A DNA stretch of 43,239 nt, the filler included, from Welwitschia mirabilis (Eukaryota): NCBI GenBank assembly GCA_051453625.1. It is 3 parts of one record of this genome, joined end to end, with 100 filler letters (N's around TTAATTAATTAA, not from the genome) between each part and the next. Parts side by side here need not be neighbours in the genome. Positions count along the whole stretch, not along the records: positions 1 to 25,761 come from JBOZIK010000001.1; 2 more parts are not named here. One strand, given 5' to 3'. Made by a program: the position numbers and the translations under genes. The number at the start of each line of letters is the position of its first letter. The stretch's first letter is position 1. This document shows, one piece after another, positions 10,341 through 22,375 of the stretch. Below the pieces are notes generated by a model. The model was not told the DNA's origin. It did not search any database and was given only the letters and a program-made list of their open reading frames with translations.

Positions 10341-12718
10341 TTTACTTTAAAGACTCATTCCTTTAGAATTTTACAAGAGCATTTTCACAACATGAAAATA
10401 AATTCTAGAAATAAATATGTAACTTGCTTTAGAAAAATACTTAAAAAGGATAACAATCATGTAATATTAAAACAGACCTAAATAAAAGTACAGATTATAC
10501 TAAAAACTGAATATTACTACTAAAATAGTATGGAACTAAATGCCTATTAATTGAAAGAGGTAAAATAGAACTAAATATACCATTTTTAAGGATACTATTT
10601 ACTATAGAATAATAAGATAATCATAATTCGATAAATATTATCATTGTTAATTATCTTACATCTAACTACTCATAATAGAAGCTATTTATATCTAAACATT
10701 GTAATATATAAAGATAAAAGAAAATCCAAAAGAAAAAATATAATTTTTATAATCCATAAGCACAGATCTATAATCAAGGCTGAAATAAAAGAATAGATAT
10801 AAACCAAAAATCTATCTCCAACAAGAAAGACTTTACAAGAAATAAATTTTAGCTTGTCATAGCATAGTATAAAAAAGAAAAATCTAAATGCATCTACAAG
10901 AAGAAATATCATTAGCACTTTTCCAACCCCCTTTTTACTCATCTAATAGACATTTCAGAAACTTAGACACTTCTAAAATGTTAGTTTAGAATATTTGCAT
11001 AAAGTTAACATGTGCTAACTCATGGTTGTATTTGCAAGAAGAACACCCATAATACATTCTTAATTCTTTTATTCCTTTAATGTGCATTTTAGAAGCTTAA
11101 GCACTTTCAAAATGCTATGTGAAAGAGATTGGAAGTTAAGAGAAATGCTACAAGATATATGTAAGAGTGCTGGAAAAAGATAAGAGAGAAGAATTTATAG
11201 AAAAGGGTTTTGAAAAGTGGGGAAGGGGGGTTGGATGGGATTTGGGGGAGAGGAGGAGGTCAAGAAACTCAGTGGATTTGAATCGATTTAGGGGAGGGAA
11301 TTAGCTTAAGCAACTCAAGGAGGTGAGAGGTAAAGCAAGGTTTAGATGGCTTCAGGGGAGAAGGACAATGAAGAAGGAGCGACGAGGGTAAGAGGGGTTT
11401 GAAGAAGGGAGAAGGTGGGTGGATGATGTGGCGAGTCATCAAGAGACTCGAGGGAGGAGGGCGTCAAAAACCTTTTCAGGGAAGGATAGATGGATTCGAG
11501 AGGGTCCTCAAGAAACTTAGGGGTTCGAGAATCTTTCTAAGGGAAGGGGGGAGGGAGGTTAGATGGCTTCAAAAGAGGTCATCAAAAATCTTAAGGGGGG
11601 AGGAGGGGTCGAGAACTTTGGCGGGGGGATTGAGAACTTAAAGAAGGGATGTAAAACAAATTTAATTAATAATAAACCTTCTTCTACCTATTCCTATGAG
11701 TAAGAAAAAAATTCCAAAAAAGAGAAATATACATGTGTGCATTTCTAGCAAGGGACAAAATAAATTTTTCCATTAAATCATGTCATAACAGTAATCTACA
11801 AAATGCATTTCAAGTTTGCATGTTTATGAAATAAGTTATACAAGTACAAAGCATTACAAAATTGGCCTAAAAGATAATTTTTATTTTAGCTAAAAATACT
11901 ACATTATCTTATAATTGTTTACATTAAAGGGCCTCAAAAATTAAGGGAGAAGATGGTAATTTCTTGCCTAGATTTCCACCACCACCTCTTGATGGCCAAC
12001 TTGCTAAGCAATCCTTGTACCTGTGATAAAATGGTATGGATGAAAACTATGAAAAAACCTAGTTCTTAGTATGGACCAGGTGAGGGGAAGAGGGTTTCAA
12101 GTAGGTCCAAACGTATCCAAAACAAAACAAAAGGAGGAAAACTTAAGATTTACAGAATGAGAAGGTAACCATTTGGTTATCTTAATTTTATGTTTAATAA
12201 AATTTACAATTTTAGTAACATAAGTGTGCCTTGATCAAGAGGGATTTCATTCAAATTTTATACATTTTTTCCTACTCTCCCTGGTAGTTTGCTTTCATGG
12301 CATAAAAGCCCAATAGAGGGTAACCTCTCTGAAGTTGGCATTACCTAATTACCTTAGCCAGTTTTCATTCTTGCCATTTAACAAGTAAAACATAGATCTC
12401 AACTTTACTCTAGGCCTCAAGAAATATTACCCCAAATTTCTAGATTAAGATATACAAGAATCTTCAAAAGTAAAAATCAGGTAAAACAAATAAAGATTGA
12501 AGAAAATAAACAACAATTTCCCAAGGATAGAGCATTTCAGCATTGTAAAGTAGTTTAATCACTATTTAAGAAGTAAAAGGGACTAGAACCATACCTAAGG
12601 AGGTATAAGAAGTGTAGATTCTGAAATGTGAAGGTCCTCTTTTTAAGTTGAAGAGCCAAAAAGATGAAGAAAAATTTAAGAAAAAATGGAAAAGAGACAA
12701 GTCTTTCAAATTTTATCT

Positions 12719-12727
12719 TATTTATAG
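12719..12727 (-). promoter_or_regulatory. Putative TATA box of module A
   Basis: Minus strand ctataaata followed by a pyrimidine-rich leader and ag|gtatgg donor (~12595); the module B equivalent (16222-16230) reads caataaata. Confidence 0.5.
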
Positions 12728-13069
12728 AGAAAGTTGATAAGGTGTTAAGTTTTCAAGCGGCCACTTGGCTTTTCCTAAACCCCTTCCTTCACCCTTGGCC
12801 TTTTGAGAAAATAATAATAAAAGTAATATCTTTTAAAATAAAATTAAGGAATGACTTTTAATAACCATGGGGGAAGTAGGGGAAGCAAGAGGTAAGGATT
12901 GGNNNNNNNNNNNNNNNNNNNNNNNNNNNNNNNNNNNNNNNNNNNNNNNNNNNNNNNNNNNNNNNNNNNNNNNNNNNNNNNNNNNNNNNNNNNNNNNNNN
13001 NNTAAGTAAGAAAAATTTATTAAACCTAAGACTCTAATAAAAAATATTACATCTTTAATCCGTTGTTAA

Positions 13070-16000
13070 ATGTGAAAACATTTATTAAAGAATAACTTAA
13101 TTAACATTATTTAAAAAGACTTAGAAGATACCTTAGCATCATTTTAACACTACTTAATTAGTTCTTAAGTAATTTAACAAAAGATGTAACTATAAGTTGT
13201 TGGGTGATAAGAGTATTTTTTAATGTTAAGCTATTATTAAATACTACTAAAATAGAAATATGAATATTTTTTTTAAAGACATAGTGATAAATCAACTTCT
13301 TTCTGTTAAAATTTGACTTGCAAATCTCCTACTTAGAGTAATTTAATAAGTGATATTATTTAATAAAGAAAATACATCTTTGGTTAGTAGTAGATTTTCT
13401 TCTTAGAATTATAGTTTCTTTAAGTATTTATTCTTGTACTAATATCTACTTTTACCATTTCATATTAGCTTTCAAATGTCCAAGAACCTTTAAAAGAAGT
13501 AATAAAAAGGTTCATTAGGGTTTATGTGATGAAAATTTTACTAATTCATTTATTAAAAAGTTTCTTTTAGAAAGTTATTTTATCAAAATCTATTATTACC
13601 CTTCTATATTGGCTTTTAAAAGTCCAAGAACTTTTGAAAATAGCACTAAAAGGATTCATTAAGTTTATGTAAGAAAATTTTTACTAATACATTTATTAAA
13701 AGTTTCTCTAAAAACATTCTTTTATTCAAATCCATTATTACCATATTATACTAGCTTTCAAGAGTCCAAAAACTTTTGAAATCCATACTCAAAGGATTCA
13801 TTGAGATTTTTGTGAGGTACTTTTTAGTAATTTATTTATTAAAGTTTTTCCTTAAGAAGGTCTTTTATTAAAACCCATAGTTACCTTTCTTTTAGCTTTC
13901 AAAAATCCAAGAACTTTTGATAGTAATACTAAAAGGACTCATTAGGGTTTATGAAAAGTAATTTTTATTAATTCATTTATTAAAATTATCTCTTAAAAAG
14001 GTATTTTATTAAAACCTAATGTCACCCTTCTATATTAGCTTTCAAAAGTCCGAGAACTTTTGTAAGCAATACTAAAATGGTTCATTAGGTTTTATGTGAG
14101 GTAATTTTTACTAATTCATTTATTAAAAGTTTCTCTTAATTATTATTTTTAATTAATAGCCATTGTTACCCTTCTATATTATATTTCATAAGTTTAAGAA
14201 CTTTTGAAAGTAATACAAAAAGGATTAATTAGGATTTATGTAAGGTACTTTTCACTAATTCATTTATTAACTCTATCTCTTAAAGGGTTCTTTTATTAAA
14301 ACCCATTGTTACCCTTCTATATTAGCTTTCATAAGTTTAACACTTTTGTAAATAATACTAAAAGGATTCATTAGGATTTATGTGAGGTAATTTTCACTAA
14401 TTCATTTAGTAAACATTTCTCTTAAAAAAAGTATTTTATTAAGACCCGAGGTTGTCCTTCTATATTATCTTTCAAAAGTCCAAGAAATTTTGTAAGCAAT
14501 ACTAAAAGGATTCAGTAAAGTTTATGTGAGGTTATTTATATTAAAAATACATTTCTTTAGAATCATACATGTTTATTTTCATAGCAATAAAATAAATTCT
14601 AGAAATAAATATGTAACTTGCTTTAGAAAAATACCCAAAAAGATAACATTCATGCAACATTAAAATAGACCTAGATAAAAGTCTAGATTTAACTAAAAAT
14701 TAAAACATTACGGCTAAAACAAAATAGAACTAGACACCTTTTAATTGAAAGAGCTAAAATAAAACTAAATCTACCATTTTTTAAGATAATATTTGTTGCA
14801 AAAAAAAAAACTAATCATTATGCTGCAAATGTTGTCATTTTAATTATTTTATAACTACCTACCCATAATAGAAGCTATTTATATCTAAACATGACAGCAT
14901 GTATAAAGATAAGAGAAAAATCAGAAGCGAAGAGTTATTTTTACAACTTATAAGCAAAGCCCTACAGGGAGGGCTGAAACAAAAGACAATATACAAACCC
15001 AAAAATCTAGGTCCCAGGAAGCACTTTACTAGAAATATATCATGGCCCACAACAGCTTTAAAAAAAAAAAAAGAAACTGCAAGCATTTGCAAGAAAGATT
15101 ATCATTAGCACCATTCCTAACCCCTTTTTACTCTTCTAATGGCATTCCAAAAGCTTAGGCACTTCTGAAATGATATTTTAAAAGAGTTGCATAGGGCTAG
15201 GAAGGGGTAATTCATGGTTGTACTTGTAAGAAAAATACCAACAGCACACTCTTAATTAGTTTTACCTCTTTAATGTGCATGTTGGAAGCTCAAGCACTTC
15301 CAAAATAACATGCAAAAGAGGTTGCAAGTTAAGAGAAATGCTGCAAGAGAGATGTAAGAGTGCTAGAAAACAGTACAAGAATTTATCGAAATAGGTGGGT
15401 GTGCTTCAGGTGGTTTCAAGTAGGGGGATTGAGAACCTGTGCTCAAAAATTAAGGGAGAAGATAGCAATTTCTTGCCCAGATTTCCAACACCACCACTTG
15501 ATGGCCAACTTGTTAAGCAGCCCCTATACTTGTGACAAAATGGTATAGATGAGAACCATGAAAAACACAATTCTCACGATGGCCCAAGTGAGGGGCGGAG
15601 AGGGTTTCAAGAAGGCCCAAAGGTATAAAACAAGAAGAAGGAACCTCAAAATTTGCAAGATGAGAAGGTAACCATTTGATTATCTTAAATTTATGGTCAA
15701 TAAAATTCATGGATTTAGCAACACAGGTGTGCCCTAACTAGGAGGAATTTTAATCAAATTTTACGCACTTTTCCCTACTCTCCTTGGCAGTTCGCTTCCA
15801 TGGCCATGCAAGCCCAATAGAGGGTAACCTGTCTAAAGTTTGCATCACCTGGCTATCTTGGCCAGATTTTTATTCTTGCTATTTAATATGTAAAGCATAA
15901 ATCTCAGCTTTACTCTATGGCCCAAGAAATATTGCCCTAAATTTTGAGATTGAGAAATATAGAAATTCTTTGGGAGTAAAATTTAACCACAACAAGAAAG

Positions 16001-16371
16001 ATTGAAGATAATAGACAACAATTTCACAAGATTGAGCATTTTAGCATTGCAAAGTAGATTAATCACTACTTAAAAAGCAAAAGGAGCTGGAACCATACCC
16101 AAGGAGATAGAAGATGTGTAGATTCTGGAATGTGAAGATCTTTTTCTTGAGTTGCAAAGCCAAAATGATGATGAAAATTTTGAGAAGAAATGGAAAAGAG
16201 ATGAGGCCTTCAAGTTTTATCTATTTATTGAGAAAGTTGGTGAGATGTCAAGCTTTCAAGTGACCACTTGGCTTTTCCCTAAACTCCCTTCTTCACACTT
16301 GGCCTTTTGAGAAAATAATAATAAAAATAATCTCTTTTAAACAAAAGTAAGAAATGACTTTTAATAACCAT
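13070..16371 (-). repeat. Module B of the 7-kb insertion
   Basis: Colinear with module A; larger array; lacks most of the G-rich block of A. Confidence 0.85.
13436..14545. repeat. Tandem array B: 8 units of 141-144 bp, each with the stem-loop
   Basis: Stem-loops start at about 13468, 13612, 13754, 13895, 14038, 14182, 14325, 14468; consensus gctttcaaaagt-ccaaga-acttttgaaag. Confidence 0.92.
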
Positions 16372-16510
16372 TTAAAGCCTTAGCATATTTTTAAAATAAC
16401 TAATCTCACATGGAAAATAATCTTTCAATCATATTTATTAAACTTAATCCTTCATAATTAAGTTATATTAAAAATATTTCTTTCTTGGCTGTGAGAGTGA
16501 GGACGTGACA

Positions 16511-19500
16511 TAACTCTAGTAAAGAAGAAGAGTTGCTGAACTATGGATTCATATCAATGTTAGAAGAGGTATGTGAGACAACAAATTATTGTTTTGTATC
16601 CTCTGGCTTATGCAAAGAAAATGAACAGGTTGCTCTAAAAACAATGATGAAGGCTGTGTAGATTTCGAATTAGATTACAATGAATTATTAGATGTCTATG
16701 AAAAGTTATACACAGTCTGTTCAGAATTAGGTAAAAAGAATGTAGACCTTAGAAAACAATTAAATGAATCTGAATTCAAACTAAATCAGGCTTACCAGAA
16801 AATAAAACTTTAATAAAAGATTTATAGGATGAAAGGACTAGCACTAATCACTTGACTCAAGGAAGAGACAATCTCAATACGCAACTAGGAATAGGTAGGT
16901 CTCCTCATGACAAGTTGGCAATTGGTAGCTCTTACGGTAAGTCTCCTACTCCTAAGTACTTTTGTCCTAGTATTAAATATCAATCCTTTGGAAAAGTAAG
17001 CTTGAGATGTCATTATTGCAATAGATATGGCCATGTGCAATTTTCATGTCCCTACAACAAATCCTTCTACTTTCGGTATAATAATTATTGGAAATTTTCC
17101 ACTGAATCCTCCAATCAAGTGAAGCAAACCAAAAGAAAAACCAACTTGCAATGGATTAGGAAGGAGGCTATTGCCTCCCTGTTTGTGCATGCTGCTTTCA
17201 AGGCTCAAGAAAAGACCAAATAGTACTTAGAGAATGGCTGTTCACAGCACATGACAGGTAATCGAAGTTTAGTGACCTCTTTTCAGGAAAACAATGGAGG
17301 TAAAGTTACTTTTGGGGATAATAGAAAAGTATATATCATTGGCAAAGGATATATAGGAGCCAATCATCATCATCCGGTAATACATGATGTCTATCTAGTT
17401 GATGGTTTGAAACATAACTTACTCAGCATTTCTCAAAATTGTTATAGAGATAACATTGTTTCATTTTTTCAAGATAACTGTATTGTCCATAATGCTATAA
17501 CTAATGATGTTGTTCTCTCTAGTAGTCGATCCAAATGTATGTATGTTATTGGTAATGACAATAGGATAAAAGAAGGTTGTTATATGGTTCACACAGATGA
17601 AGTCAACTTGTGGCATAGAAGAATGGGACACATGAATTTGAAAGATTTAAGAACAGATACTGCAAATGAGATTGTCAAAGGAGTTCATAAGCTAAACATA
17701 TCTCAAGCTAAAGTATGCAACTTATGTGTTGAAAGTAAACTTGTGAAGTTTAGCTTTAAAAGCAAAAAGGATATCACCTTACCTTTTTCATATGGATCTA
17801 GTTGCACCTACTCAAACAAGGAGCATAGGAAGAAAAAGGTATTTTTTGGTTATTGTTGATATTATTTTTCTAGATTTTGTTGGGTTGCTTTCTTACCAAG
17901 CAAAGATGAAGCATTTGGTATGTTTACTAAAGTTAGCAGGAGGATTCAAAATGAGAGGGGATACAACATTAAAACAATTAGATCTAACCAACAAGATGAG
18001 TTTGATAATGACAAGTTTGAAAAATTTTGTGATATTAACGATATTTTACATTAATTTTCAGCCCATAGAACTCCTCAACAAAATGGAATTGCACAATGCA
18101 GACACCCTATCTTGATTGAGGTGGCCCAAACAATGCTGAATGAGTACTCTCTTCCGCAACGCTTCTTGGTTGAGGCTATTAACACAGTTTGCTATGTGAG
18201 TAATAGAGTCCTCTTTAAGGCCAAGGACAAAAAGGACTGCTTACGAATTATGGCATGGAAAAAGACCCAATGTAAATTGCTTCAAAGACTTTGGAAGCGT
18301 GTGCTCTATTCTCAAAGATAAACATTTCATAGGGAAATTTGAATCTAAGACTAACGATGAAATTTTTCTTGGTTACTCTTCTATTAGCAAAGCTTATAAA
18401 GTTTATGACAAATTGTCTTGCAAAAGAGGAGTGGACTCATATAAAATTTGAAGAGTTTGATCAAGATATAGCTCATAGAACTGATGAAGAAGGTGAACCG
18501 CTCCATAAACCTACTACTCTTAATTCTAACAATCAAATCTTTTCTTCAAGAGAAATCAATGAAGACAAGGAAATTCATAAGTGTTCAAATCTTCCTTTAA
18601 GGACAAAACGGGATCATCCTCAAGCGAATGTCGTTAGTCATCCTACTCTAGGAACAACCACCAGGAGTGAAAAGCACATAAGTAGGAGCTTTCTTTGTTT
18701 TCTTTTTGATCTTGAGCCTAAGTCTTTCTAAGTTGAACAAGATGAAGCATAGATGTTTGCTATGCAAAAGGAGTAAAATCAATTTGAAAGGAATAATGTA
18801 TGGAATCTAGTTCTTGCTCTTGAAAGTAAACACATCATTGTAACAAAATCGGTGTTTAGGAACAAAAGAGACGAAAATCACAAAATAATTCAGAATAAAG
18901 CAAGATTGGTTACCCAAGGATAGTCAACAAGAAGGAATTGACTATGGAGAAACATTTGCACCAATGGTAAGAATAGAAGCAATATGAATGTTATTAGCCT
19001 TTGTTTGTCCTCATAAAATCAAGTTATTTCAAATAGATGTCAAAAGTGCCTTTTTGAATGGTTATATCAACAAACAAGTGTATGTTGCCCACCCCCAGGT
19101 TTTGAAGATTCAAAGCTTCCTAATCATGTCTACAAGTTAAACAAAGTTCTATATGGCTTGAAACAAGCTCCTAGAGCATGGTTTGATAGGTTAAACTAAT
19201 TCTTGGTTTCCAAAGGCTTCTCAAAGGGTAATGCTGATCCTCCTACTCTATTCATTAAGCATGAGGCTAAAAATATTTTAATAGTACAAATCTATGTTGA
19301 TGCATAGTGTCTGGTTCAAGTAAGAACTCTTTACCCCATGAGTTTGCCAAAACTATACAAAAAGAATTTGAGATGAGTCTTATAAAGGAAGTAAACTTCT
19401 TCTTAGGTCTTCAAATCAAGCACATGCAGATGGAATATTTATCAGTCAATTGAAATATATTCATGACATACTGACTAGTATGAAACACAAAACTCAAAGG

Positions 19501-20212
19501 AAACAAAGACATGTCTTTCCACGAATGCCAAAATTAACAAATATCAATCTAGGAAAAGGGTTGCTCAAAAATTATACAGAAGAATGATAGGAAGCCTTTT
19601 ATATGTCACAGTAAGTAGACCTGATATAGCAGACAGTGTGGAAGTATGTGCTAGGTATCAGTCAAATCCTAGAGAATCACACTAAGTTGTGTCAAAAGAA
19701 TTTTATGATATCTGAAGTACACTCCTAACTATGGTTTGTGATATTCATTTGATACATCTCTTGATCTTGTTGGTTATGCAGACTGGGCAGGTTGCTTGGA
19801 TGATTGAAAGAGCACAAGTGAAGCATGTTTCTACATAGGAAATTGCTCGATGTCTTGGCTAAGTAAAAAGGAAAATACTACCTCCTTGTCTACAGCTAAA
19901 GCTAAGTACATTGTGGCAAAAGCACGTTGTGCTTAACCTCTATGGATGAAACAAATGTTGATTGACTTTGGAACTTAAGTTGACATCAGACACCAGCACC
20001 ATCAACATAACAAAAAATCTGGTTCAGCACTCAAGAACAAAACATATTGACATCAGACACCATTTCATTTGAGAGCAAGTACAAGATCAAATAATTGAAT
20101 TAGAATATGTAGGGACTAATATCAACTTGTAGATATCATGACTAAAGCGCTCAATGAAGAGAGGTTCAGATACCTCAAAACTGATCTTAGAATAGGGGTC
20201 TATCCCCTTAAG
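16511..20212 (+). pseudogene. pol: copia gag 3' part and pol (second Zn knuckle, PR, GAG-pre-INT, INT, RT, RNase H)
   Basis: [94 protein letters not shown]; many frameshifts. Confidence 0.95.
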
Positions 20213-20712
20213 GGATGATTTACTATTGTATCTTATTCTGCACCTTTTTTGACATTATCTGCAAAAATTGCATTAGGCAAGTGTTTTTTTTTTGGTCCCT
20301 TCTTTTCGTTCGAATTGTCCCAACTGAGAACGATGTCACACGTCCCAAACCTTCCTTTCTAGACGTTCGACTTTCTTTATTCGAACAGTCTGCAAGCTTC
20401 CTCAGACGTCCCACCAATTTTACCTAAACCTTTGATCTCTTCTTATACCTTTTGTTCCCAAATCCATTTGGACATGTCACCAATTTTATCCTGGACGTCT
20501 AACTTTTTTCCGTTCTTTTCTATTTTTCTGTGGGCAACCCAACGTCGGACTTTTAGATCCTAGATGTGTGACCCTTCTCAGCATGACAAATGTTTTTTGA
20601 TGCTCGCGCTTTGTCTGCCATTACTTATTGACACCCTTCCTTGATTTTTCCTCATTTCTCTTCTATGTCATCCCTCTCCTCTATCATCTTCCTTGTAGTC
20701 TTCTCTTACAAC

Positions 20713-21758
20713 ATGGTGAGGTCCAAGCTTGCTGCTTGGAGAAGTGGAAAAGAACCAGCCTCTTCAAAAGAAAGATAGTTCATTTCAGATGATCACAGAA
20801 AATATTGGATAACTTCATTTTCCAAAAGGCCAGTAGCACCTGAAAAAAGGATAGACTATGAATCCTTTAGGTATGGGATCCACATCTGGCACAAGTTTGA
20901 AGAACTGGGATAGCAGTATGCATTGGAACTAGAAACTACGGCTTTTGTAAGAATGGTTTGTCTCTTCTACTACAATAGGCATCTGGACAGGTACAATAAG
21001 AAGTTATTTTCTCATGTATATGACAAAGATATAGAGATTGCTTTGGAGATGATTGCTGATGTTACCAGATTTCCAAATGAAGGTATTTCCATAATATTAC
21101 ATCTGTGCATTCGTTAAAGGAAGCAGTTTCTATAGAAATCCTTACCACTGAATGTTGTAATAAGATGTCTGAATGGAAAGCCAATATTCCTACCAATCAG
21201 CTCAAACCATTTTATAGAGTTATTTTTCAAGTATGTACTCACAATTTGATCCCTAAGCTTGGTCATAAAGATGAAGTACCTCCATTGTGTGCATACCTAA
21301 TGTTTTTCTTAGGCACTAGTATTAATTTTAATCTTTGTTAGATTATAATGTTCTCCATCGATCAGTTCTTTATGCCTACCAATGCTAGTTTACCTTTTAG
21401 ATGTTTCATTACAGCTTTTCGTGTAAACTTAGATTTTAGAGTTGAAAAGGATGAAAAGTTTACAAAAGTTCCTGAACCTTTTGATACATCAATCCTTAAG
21501 AAGACGAACATCTTTTTAGAGGCAAAAGATCCCCCTCTACAATCGCTTGTATCAAAAAGGAAAAGACATGAAGAAGGACAAAGCTCCAAAGGTGTCTCTA
21601 ATGAAGAACAACTTCAATCTAGTCTAGGGATAGAAAGAAAGCTTGATCGAGTGAGTTTTGGATTGTTAGCCTATAAACTTGACGTACCTTTAGGCTCTGA
21701 TGAGGAGGAAGAACTAGTGCGTACAATAGATTCACCACATCATGATCATTCAGATTGA
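20713..21758 (+). pseudogene. env-like extra ORF of the SIRE-like element
   Basis: ATG at 20713; fragmented ORFs 20923-21758 (FVRMVCLFYYN...HNLIPKLGHKDEV...SLPFRCFIT) lie between RNase H and PPT, where Sirevirus env-like genes sit. Confidence 0.7.
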
Positions 21759-22361
21759 TATCCCTCTTTACTCGTCTATCTCATCATCTTCAATCTTCTT
21801 TTTCTTTGGACTTCTCTACTGACCTTTTGTAAACTAGTCATATTCCATATCCTCGCCTCACTCGTATATGCATATTTTTCTTGTATTCCTATGTATCCAA
21901 TTGTTTTTCAATGATGACAAAGTGCAAGAATTCTTGGATACTCAAATGTTTACATTGGAATTTTTGATTAATCAAATGCTTATTTTCTTTATTATGCCAA
22001 TATATTCTGAGCTTGAAAGATAATCAATTATGAGCTCATCTCATATTATTCTTTCAACACAATGGGTCATGAAGAAAAGTTCTGAAATATACTAGTAGAC
22101 GTACTTGTGGTCTTATCAATCAGCATAATATGTTGAATAATAATGTATGGGTTGTGTTGAATTAGTCTTGCAGAATCTAATGTGTCGTTCCAAGGAAATA
22201 GCATTCCAACCCGATTCATGTGAATAAGAAAGATTATGAGATGCATTCTAACAAATGATAACCTATCCAAAGAGTTCACAAATTCAGGGGAAGCACAACA
22301 ACTTGTTAACAAGCACCTAGATTTCTCCCTTTGTTCTAGCTCCTCTGAAGTTGTCATCATT

Positions 22362-22374
22362 GAAAAAGGGGAGA
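22362..22374 (+). promoter_or_regulatory. Polypurine tract
   Basis: gtcatcatt-gaaaaaggggaga-t-tgttg directly before the 3' LTR. Confidence 0.9.
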
Positions 22375-22375
22375 T

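Larger units (their letters stand above)
9490..12867 (-). repeat. Module A of the 7-kb insertion
   Basis: Colinear with 13070-16371 (gcttagaagacaccttagcatc ... gacttttaataaccat), about 80% identity by eye. Confidence 0.85.
9462..16510 (-). mobile_element. 7,049-bp non-coding LTR-type insertion (giant solo LTR or non-autonomous element) made of two homologous modules
   Basis: Termini tgtcacgacc / ggacgtgaca (9/10 inverted), perfect 5-bp TSD taact (9457-9461, 16511-16515), host gag continues (DVN|SSKEEELLNYG); strand inferred from TATA and splice-like signals; 100-N gap inside. Confidence 0.85.

Noticed and set aside
12868-12902. Purine run as PPT making A and B a standard LTR pair
   Set aside because: Wrong strand for the inferred minus orientation and no visible internal LTR termini; unresolved because of the gap
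9836-14545. CRISPR-like array (palindromic repeats at regular spacing)
   Set aside because: Spacers are homologous to each other, the period is 135-143 bp, there are no cas genes, and the context is a plant TE
13436-14545. Hammerhead ribozyme/retrozyme (minus-strand ctaatgaatcc...ggac...gaaag)
   Set aside because: The core CUGANGA is not intact, GAAA is not adjacent to a helix II, and it is buried in the hairpin stem
10682-15108. Hydrophobic ORFs in modules A and B as a membrane-protein gene
   Set aside because: Reading frames and stops are not conserved between modules; hydrophobicity follows from T-rich composition
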